Origin: Puniceicoccaceae bacterium
Lineage (GTDB): Bacteria; Verrucomicrobiota; Verrucomicrobiia; Opitutales; Oceanipulchritudinaceae
Direction: 5' to 3'
NCBI GenBank assembly: GCA_040830765.1
Contig: JBFOMH010000013.1
Location: 32,001 to 96,000, forward strand
Length of the DNA stretch: 64,000 bases
The notes below the pieces were generated by a model that was not told the origin of the DNA, made no database searches, and saw only the letters and a program-made list of their open reading frames with translations. A program made the position numbers and the translations under genes. Below, piece by piece: positions 57,829 to 64,000 of this stretch. Positions within the stretch are counted from its first letter, which is position 1; every line of letters begins with the position of its first letter.

Positions 57829-59718
57829 TTATTTTCGCAAGGAAGGATAAGCGGCGAGAATCCGGTCGAGCTCATCCTTGGCAAAGGACTGGTTGGGATC
57901 GATCTCCAATGCCTTCCGTAAATACTCCACGGCTTCCTTGAAGCGATCCTCCTTGGCCAACAATGATCCGACGAAATAATGCGGCCAGGGGGCATGAGGC
58001 AGGAGAGTACAAATCTCCTTTCCCTGATTGATGGCTTCAGGCAATGCACCCGTCATCTCAAAAAATTGCGCATAGTTCCACCTGATCAGAGTGTCTTCCG
58101 GAGACCGGCGGAGCGCATCCTCATAAGATTTTTGATCTCTCGCAGGCGTAGCCGATGTCGTTCGCGAATCCACTTCAAGCATCCTGTCCTTACAGTATTG
58201 GACATTTGAAGGGTGACTGGACTGGGAAATAAAGGGGGCCACAGAAATGCGCCCGAGGGCAACATCCCATACGCGCTTCTGGTCCCATAAGGTAATCGCC
58301 AATTGGCGAACACAGGCTTGGTATTCATACTCAGACGTGTTCTCCCTGTGATTCTCTACGATCGACGGTGGTAGTAATTCGCCGACCCTGCCGGCAAGGA
58401 TTCGAGCCAGGCGATAGTTCCCCTCGAGCGTGAAATGTACGTGCTCGTAGAACAGTTCTTTTCCCGGAATACCGTAAGACGCCTGATTCGCCAACGCCTT
58501 TTCCGCATCTACACCGAGCACCGAAGCATCGACGTGCTTGGCCGCCGCGTCCATGATAATCCGGTTGATCCTCGTGTCCGCTCGAACGGCAAGCGCATCA
58601 AGATCCCTTGCCCGGTTGAAGGCCTCCATCGCAAGATCATTGTCCCCCAGCTTCAGGTAACATGATCCAATACGGAACTGAAGCTCCGCAAAACCAGCAT
58701 CAATCGCCGCCGCCTTCAGGTAATCATCCAACGCGGCCTCAAGCGAGCCGGTCTTCTCCAGTTTAAGTCCATTTTGATAAAGGAGATCCCATGCGCTTAG
58801 ATCCTCGCCAGTCAGATGCGTGGAGTGCAATGACGAAAACGGTGAACAATTCCTCAGATTACTAACCACAGTACTCAGGACAACCGGGACACCTGCCTTT
58901 TCGCCTTCCCTGATAATATCCTCAAGATTTCCCCTGAAATTCTCATAGGCTTTCAATCGCGCCGGATCATCATGCCGGAGCAGATTTTTGCTGAACATTT
59001 CGATGCCACCCCACGCCTCTGGTTCACCGGATCCACCCCTTGCTAAGGCAATCATGTCGGCAATGAGCTGACCGATTCGGGTCGACTTCAAAAGGAGGCT
59101 GGTTCTGACAACTGTTAAACCGGGTGCTTTTTCGCCGAATACGGTACCCGCACCGAACGGGCCAACCATCTCGTTGTTGCCCATGTAGATGAGCCACATA
59201 TCACCGTCCCGCTTGGCACAATCCCGGGCAATGGGGAGAATAACGTGTGAATTGATGGCTGTTATGGCGACGGGAACCACTTCAAAATTCGTATCCGGAT
59301 AACGCGTTTCAAGAAGCACCTCCAGAAAGCGGCCCATCCCGAAGGAGGGATCCGGATCTCCATACGCGGCGGATTCCCCGAACAAGAAAATCCTGAAGGT
59401 ACCCTCTGGCTTCTCTGCCGCCATTCGCATCGGAAGTGGCGCACGAGCGAGTGCTGGCGGGAAAAATCGATGGGTGAACTTCCGGTTGGGGATCAAGTAC
59501 TCCTCTCCTTCGATCGTGCTGGGCACAAAGTAATCTGTGTTATACCCGTATCCGGAAAAACGGAGCAACAACTCCAATCCCCCCAGTATAAGGAGTGGCA
59601 TGAATACCATCGCCACAAGACGCATGAGCCAACGACGACCTTCAGGAGCGGAAGGCTGTTGCGAATCCATGCCTTCAGGTGCTTCTCGCAAGTCGCTTTC
59701 GGTAGGAATTAAATTCAT
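57829..59718 (-). CDS. Membrane-anchored SGNH/GDSL-like hydrolase with TPR repeats
   Basis: N-terminal TM with LELLLR; RIFLFGES, IYMGNNE, YEHVH blocks; TPR-like helices in the middle and at the C-terminus. Confidence 0.82.
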   Translation of the reverse strand: MNLIPTESDLREAPEGMDSQQPSAPEGRRWLMRLVAMVFMPLLILGGLELLLRFSGYGYNTDYFVPSTIEGEEYLIPNRKFTHRFFPPALARAPLPMRMAAEKPEGTFRIFLFGESAAYGDPDPSFGMGRFLEVLLETRYPDTNFEVVPVAITAINSHVILPIARDCAKRDGDMWLIYMGNNEMVGPFGAGTVFGEKAPGLTVVRTSLLLKSTRIGQLIADMIALARGGSGEPEAWGGIEMFSKNLLRHDDPARLKAYENFRGNLEDIIREGEKAGVPVVLSTVVSNLRNCSPFSSLHSTHLTGEDLSAWDLLYQNGLKLEKTGSLEAALDDYLKAAAIDAGFAELQFRIGSCYLKLGDNDLAMEAFNRARDLDALAVRADTRINRIIMDAAAKHVDASVLGVDAEKALANQASYGIPGKELFYEHVHFTLEGNYRLARILAGRVGELLPPSIVENHRENTSEYEYQACVRQLAITLWDQKRVWDVALGRISVAPFISQSSHPSNVQYCKDRMLEVDSRTTSATPARDQKSYEDALRRSPEDTLIRWNYAQFFEMTGALPEAINQGKEICTLLPHAPWPHYFVGSLLAKEDRFKEAVEYLRKALEIDPNQSFAKDELDRILAAYPSLRK

Positions 59719-59907
59719 GGATTTAAAGGTAGAAAGCTTTTAGACAATGAGGGAATAAATTACTAATGCTTCAATCTTCTCCGTTTGTGCAAGCGTCAAG
59801 TTGTGGTCATCACTACGCTAAGTGGACCACGAGCAGTATGGCCTAAAATCTCTAAACCAACCAGAACAAGTGGTTGGACTCTCACTCTCCGAGCTGACCG
59901 ACTGACA

Positions 59908-60199
59908 ATCGAGTAGCTAGGGGAGATTGCTCTCCCCCGGCTCTCAAACCACCGGACGAACGGGTCACCTATCACGGCGGTTCCTAGCCAGATGCTGTTC
60001 TCAGTTTCATCAGGTAATCGAAGACGGAAACGAGTCCCCATTCGGAGAGGAGGCGCTTTGCCATGGGCTTCCTCCCCACGACCACCTCGCGATGCCGCAG
60101 CTGACCTTCGGCTAATCCTTCCCCTTGCCGGGTGGATAACTGACTTTCATGGGTCTTGCTCATGATCACTGTCAAGCAGTTGCGCCCTGACGGGCGCCC
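59908..60199 (-). mobile_element. Internally deleted group II intron (class IIC-like), no RT gene
   Basis: 5' GGGCGCCCGTCAGGGCGCAAC right after a terminator T run; DV AACCGCCG...CGGTGGTT; DVI GGGGAGA-GCAA-TCTCCCC; 3' end CTACTCGAT. Confidence 0.8.
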
Positions 60200-60201
60200 A
60201 T

Positions 60202-60231
60202 AAAAAAACCCGCCATCCGAAGATGGCGGGT
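60202..60231 (-). terminator. Rho-independent terminator of PEP-CTERM gene 2 (intron target)
   Basis: Minus strand ACCCGCCATC-TTCG-GATGGCGGGT followed by a T run. Confidence 0.9.
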
Positions 60232-60265
60232 AGTAGAAAAAGACGTTAACTCAAGACCGGAGCGA

Positions 60266-60907
60266 TTACTTGCGCTTCCGGTAGATAACGAATCCGAGAG
60301 CCAACAGGCCACCCAGAAAGGCAAAGGTGGACGGCTCAGGTACGAGGACCAGAGACATGTCATCCAAGTAGAAGCCCTGCGGGTCAACCGCGGTGGAACC
60401 AAACTCGATGAAAATACCGAAAGGTTGGATCTTGGTAGTACCGGCTGGTGCGGTAGCTGTGATCGACATCGGGATCCATTCGCCGACCGGCTGGCCAGGG
60501 AACATCTGGAAGTCAGCACTGGCAGTTCCAGGACCGGCTTCAACAGTACCTAGATCAGTTCCAGCGTCATCGAAATAGCTGATTTGGATACCGCCGAAAA
60601 CCGTACCGGATTCCAAGGCGACGGGCATGTAGCCCCAACCCGTCAAGGTGTAGACTTCACCCGGTGCAGCGGGAAGTGCTTCGAAGGCACCAGGAACGTT
60701 GTCCTTGGTGTAGAACTTGCCGGAATAAGTACCGGTGCGGACGATTTCCGTAGAGAACTCTGCCCCGTTGAAGAATTCCCAGCCGCCAATACCGCCGGCT
60801 GCTCCGGGGGTGTTGGATTCGAATCCGGGATCGGAGAGGAGATTCTGAGCAGTAACTGAACCCCATGCGAGGGTCATCACACATAAGGTGGCGATTACTT
60901 TCTTCAT
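60266..60907 (-). CDS. PEP-CTERM sorting domain protein
   Basis: Signal peptide; NLLSDPGFE; YLDDMSL; VPEPSTFAFLGGLLALGFVIYRKRK. Confidence 0.93.
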   Translation of the reverse strand: MKKVIATLCVMTLAWGSVTAQNLLSDPGFESNTPGAAGGIGGWEFFNGAEFSTEIVRTGTYSGKFYTKDNVPGAFEALPAAPGEVYTLTGWGYMPVALESGTVFGGIQISYFDDAGTDLGTVEAGPGTASADFQMFPGQPVGEWIPMSITATAPAGTTKIQPFGIFIEFGSTAVDPQGFYLDDMSLVLVPEPSTFAFLGGLLALGFVIYRKRK

Positions 60908-61041
60908 ATGTCTAATAAGTTGAGGGTTGATTAAGGGTTAAAAAACTTATCGAAATCTTGAATGAGATAAAATCCAACGGCCATCCAACCCCTCTGTCAA
61001 CCCTTATTAGTGCAATTTGGTGCGATTTTTTACGGGGGTAT

Positions 61042-61071
61042 AAAAGGGGCCGCCCCTTTTTGGAGCGGCCC
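61042..61071 (-). terminator. Putative terminator after amtB
   Basis: Minus strand GGGCCGCTCC-AAAAA-GGGGCGGCCC then CTTTT. Confidence 0.7.
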
Positions 61072-61099
61072 ACAAAGAATTATCTCGATTTGTAAAAAC

Positions 61100-62413
61100 C
61101 TAGATCTCGTAGCCCTGCTCGTCGTGCAGGTTAAGGTCGAGGCCGGAGACCTCAACATCCTCGGAGACCCGCAGGCCGATCGTGAGGTCCAACACCTTGA
61201 GGACGACGAAGGAGACGACCCCGCTCCAGACGATGGTGAAGAGGACGGACAGGGTCTGGGCCCAGACCTGGGCACCGACGCCAACGCCATCCAGCCCAAT
61301 ACCTCCCATGAAGGAGGCGGCACAGAGGCCGGTGAGGATGGCCCCGACAATCCCACCGATGCCGTGGACGCCAAAGACGTCGAGACTGTCATCGTAGCCG
61401 AATTTCTTCTTCACGCTGGTGGCGAAGTAATAGCAGAGGGCGCTGGAGACAAAACCGATAAGGACGGCTCCCAGGGGTCCGGCGGTACCGGAAGCAGGGG
61501 TGATGGCGACCAGGCCGGCAACGGCCCCGGTAATGATACCAAGGACACTCGGCTTCCCGTGTCGCATCCACTCAATAAACATCCAGGTGACGGCAGCGGT
61601 GGCAGTGGCGAAGTGCGTCACGAGGACAGCCATTCCGGCAACGCCGTCAGCCGCCAGCTGGGAACCGCCATTGAACCCGAACCATCCGACCCAAAGCATA
61701 CATCCGCCAATGACGGCCAGTGGCAAACTGTGCGGTTTGATGGGCTCGTTCGGGTAACCGGTCCGCTTGCCGAGCATGATACAGGAGACAAGGCCGGCGA
61801 TCCCGGCGTTGATGTGGACAACCGTGCCGCCCGCGAAGTCAAGGACGCCCCAGTCATGGAAGAGTCCCCCACCCCATGCCATGTGGCAGATTGGGAGATA
61901 GGAAAAAACGGTCCAGACGAGAAGGAAGAGCAGCATGGCGCTGAACTTCATCCGCTCGGCAAAAGCACCCACCACAAGGGCTGGCGTGATAATGATGAAG
62001 GTCATCTGGAACATGACGAAGACCGCCTCCGGAATTGTCCCGCTGACGGTATCGACGGACATGTGCTTCAGGAAAGCGAAGTCGAGCCCCCCGATAAATT
62101 TATTGAGTCCGCCCGGACCTTCCGAGAAGGCCAGGCTGTAACCGAAGGCCAGCCACAGAAGGGACATCACTCCGGCCATGGCCATGCAGTGCATCAGTAC
62201 ACTGAGGACGTTTTTCGCGCGCACGAGGCCGCCGTAGAAGAGCGCCAACCCGGGCAGGGTCATGAAAAGCACAAGGGCACAGGCGACAATCATCCAGGCC
62301 GTGTCGCCAGTGTTGATGGTCGGGATTTCAATCAATTCCTCGGCTTTCAGGGCCGAAGGGAGGGTGGCCAATGCAGTGGCCAGCATTGTTGGTTTCAACA
62401 AGGATTTCATCAT
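61100..62413 (-). CDS. amtB: Ammonium transporter
   Basis: GLALFYGG, FQMTF, DFAGGTVVHINAG, WFGFNGGS, DDSLDVFGVHG. Confidence 0.97.
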   Translation of the reverse strand: MMKSLLKPTMLATALATLPSALKAEELIEIPTINTGDTAWMIVACALVLFMTLPGLALFYGGLVRAKNVLSVLMHCMAMAGVMSLLWLAFGYSLAFSEGPGGLNKFIGGLDFAFLKHMSVDTVSGTIPEAVFVMFQMTFIIITPALVVGAFAERMKFSAMLLFLLVWTVFSYLPICHMAWGGGLFHDWGVLDFAGGTVVHINAGIAGLVSCIMLGKRTGYPNEPIKPHSLPLAVIGGCMLWVGWFGFNGGSQLAADGVAGMAVLVTHFATATAAVTWMFIEWMRHGKPSVLGIITGAVAGLVAITPASGTAGPLGAVLIGFVSSALCYYFATSVKKKFGYDDSLDVFGVHGIGGIVGAILTGLCAASFMGGIGLDGVGVGAQVWAQTLSVLFTIVWSGVVSFVVLKVLDLTIGLRVSEDVEVSGLDLNLHDEQGYEI

Positions 62414-62463
62414 ACTGGTGTCATTGATGGTTAAACGATGTTAGTGAAAAACCCTTCCCATAA

Positions 62464-62480
62464 AGCAGGAAACGAGCCAA
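62464..62480 (-). promoter_or_regulatory. Sigma-54 (-24/-12) promoter of amtB
   Basis: Minus strand TTGGCTCGTTTCCTGCT with exact GG-N10-GC spacing, 50 bp upstream of amtB. Confidence 0.65.
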
Positions 62481-62625
62481 TCAGATCAGGGTGCTTCATA
62501 TTGGCGACCTCCGGGGTGAGCTGAGCAGAAATTGGCCAAAACTGGCCATTTCCGGGGTGGAAATTAGCCAACCCGGATGGCAATGGTGCTTTCGCTTGCC
62601 GCTGGGAAGCGGAGCCCCCAACCTG

Positions 62626-63039
62626 ATGGGGATGGAAGAGGTCATGTTCAGCTGGGAATCCGAAGTCCGCGACTACGAGTGCGACTTGCAGGGCATCGTC
62701 AACAACGCCACCTACCAGAATTACCTTGAGCACGCCCGCCACCTATTCCTCAAGGAGAAGGGGATCGATTTTGCCGAAGTCACGGCCCGGGGCATTTTCC
62801 TCATCGTGGTGAGGATTGAGATTGATTATAAAAGTCCGCTCAAGAGCGGCGACTCCTACCGGGTGGACTTGCGGGTGGAGCGGGTTTCCCGCATCCGCTT
62901 TGCCTTTGTGCAGGAGATTGTCCGGCTTAATGATGACAAGACCTGCATCCAGGCCCGGGTTATTACTTCCGCCATGAACGAACGCGGCCGGCCGATGTTT
63001 CCCCGGGAAATCGAAGACCTGCTCCCGGAAGCGGATTGA
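62626..63039 (+). CDS. Acyl-CoA thioesterase (YbgC/FadM-like)
   Basis: VRDYECDLQGIVNNATYQNYLEHAR, IDYKSPLKSGD; start uncertain. Confidence 0.9.
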   Translation: MGMEEVMFSWESEVRDYECDLQGIVNNATYQNYLEHARHLFLKEKGIDFAEVTARGIFLIVVRIEIDYKSPLKSGDSYRVDLRVERVSRIRFAFVQEIVRLNDDKTCIQARVITSAMNERGRPMFPREIEDLLPEAD

Positions 63040-63116
63040 GCCAGGACAACTAAACGGCACCCCGGCATCTGAACATTCCTCTGGAATGCGTCGTCCAATA
63101 CCGGTACATTGCCATT

Positions 63117-63761
63117 ATGCGAAATTTCCCGCGCTACATAGTTCCCGCTTTTCTTACTACCTGTGTGGTTGTGAGCGGCTTTTTCTGGCTCCGTGAGGAA
63201 GTCACCTCGCAAATCTACCGCAACAAATTGGAATCGATGGCAGCGGAGTACGCCGAACTCGCCGACCGCTATAACGATGCCGTGCGGCAGTCGGCGGTCA
63301 CCGAACTGGAAGTGACCGAAGACAGCGTGGCGGTCCTGATCCGGACCATTGACGGGGACCTCAAGCGCATCCCCACCCCATATGATCCGAAGGAGGAGAT
63401 TTTCGTCGATTACCTGGTCGGGAACGGGCGCATCTGGATCCGGCGGGTCTTTGATGAAAACACCGCTCCCGGGAACGGTCTCGTCATCGATCCGGTCTGG
63501 GAAGTGGTCGACTGGAAGGACAGCGCACTGAGCTATGGCAAAATTGTCTACCGTTCTCTTGAACCGGGCATCTGGTCGATCCAGGTCAGTGGCAACGGTG
63601 CCCTCAGCCTCGAGCCGGCCGCGGAATCCCATCCCGAGGCGCTGACGGCCGCCCCGGAACTCCGTTCATTCGAGGAAATCCAGCTTTCCCTTGATGCGGA
63701 AGTGCAGTCCATCACCCTTGCCGACTTGTGGGATTACTGCTGCGGACTCTTTGACGAATAA
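63117..63761 (+). CDS. Hypothetical membrane-anchored protein with short coiled coil
   Basis: 214-aa ORF, N-terminal hydrophobic helix, YRNKLESMAAEYAELADRYNDAV; no family recognised. Confidence 0.7.
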   Translation: MRNFPRYIVPAFLTTCVVVSGFFWLREEVTSQIYRNKLESMAAEYAELADRYNDAVRQSAVTELEVTEDSVAVLIRTIDGDLKRIPTPYDPKEEIFVDYLVGNGRIWIRRVFDENTAPGNGLVIDPVWEVVDWKDSALSYGKIVYRSLEPGIWSIQVSGNGALSLEPAAESHPEALTAAPELRSFEEIQLSLDAEVQSITLADLWDYCCGLFDE

Positions 63762-63800
63762 AAAAACGACCGCCGCACCTGGATCAAGGGTACGGCGGTC
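63760..63800 (-). terminator. Putative terminator between convergent genes
   Basis: GACCGCCG...CGGCGGTC hairpin with an adjacent A run (T run on the minus strand). Confidence 0.6.
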
Positions 63801-63847
63801 AACGAGATAAGGGAATCTGGAGTTAGTGAGATTCCGTTTAATGTACC

Positions 63848-64000
63848 TTACGGTGAGATTGGTTGCCAGGAAGCGGTGACGTAATCGTAGTACCATCCGC
63901 TCATGGCATTAATAAAGACCCACTTGTATCCTTTGGGGATGTAGGCAAAAAAGCCATCGGGAGTACCGCCCTGCTCGTAGACCCACATCCATTCGCCGTC
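63848..64000 (-). CDS. 3' end of a protein with an aromatic-rich C-terminus (starts outside the window)
   Basis: Hand translation DGEWMWVYEQGGTPDGFFAYIPKGYKWVFINAMSGWYYDYVTASWQPISP*. Confidence 0.7.
   Translation of the reverse strand, partial: DGEWMWVYEQGGTPDGFFAYIPKGYKWVFINAMSGWYYDYVTASWQPISP

Noticed and set aside
59800..59880. Integron attC site
   Set aside because: Two small hairpins are present, but there are no convincing paired RYYYAAC/GTTRRRY boxes and no integron integrase
59984..60175. 63-aa ORF as a real gene
   Set aside because: It lies within the intron remnant and appears to be a chance fusion of domain I sequence to the last maturase codons
61010..62434. Long antisense ORFs (also 44110-45261, 22954-24051, 28132-28986)
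   Set aside because: Shadow frames opposite well-supported genes, expected in GC-rich DNA; no recognisable motifs

Overview
This is a GC-rich bacterial chromosomal window. PEP-CTERM proteins, many sulfatases and Tat-type Gfo/Idh/MocA oxidoreductases suggest Verrucomicrobiota, probably Opitutia (inference). Most of it is housekeeping and transport: pfkA, asd, sdaA, an ABC-F ATPase, oppABCDF, a PHP phosphatase, an NSS transporter, an M32 carboxypeptidase, dnaX with SRP RNA, recN, lipB/lipA, zntB, amtB, tRNA-Pro(TGG) and tRNA-Val(GAC). It also holds a TRAP/sulfatase/oxidoreductase catabolic locus and an accessory block at about 53.6-61 kb (RAYT transposase with REPINs, an SxtK/SxtI/SxtJ-like O-carbamoyltransferase module, an SGNH-TPR protein and two PEP-CTERM genes). 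The most notable signals not explained by the ORF track are: (1) dnaX stops just after an A10 run while the -1 frame stays open for 97 more codons, a candidate recoding site in which the long form needs the shift; (2) a 73-nt non-canonical tRNA-like cloverleaf with CCA end and TCC anticodon at 1076-1148; (3) an internally deleted group IIC intron directly behind a terminator at 59908-60199; (4) a REP-like element that starts at the CCA of both tRNA genes; (5) a heptamer-built palindrome supplying the stop codons of two convergent genes; (6) tandem secreted cyclophilins with an aromatic-rich C-terminal module; (7) a 54-aa unlisted membrane protein after the NSS transporter. Product calls rest on motif recognition by eye; no database searches were run.
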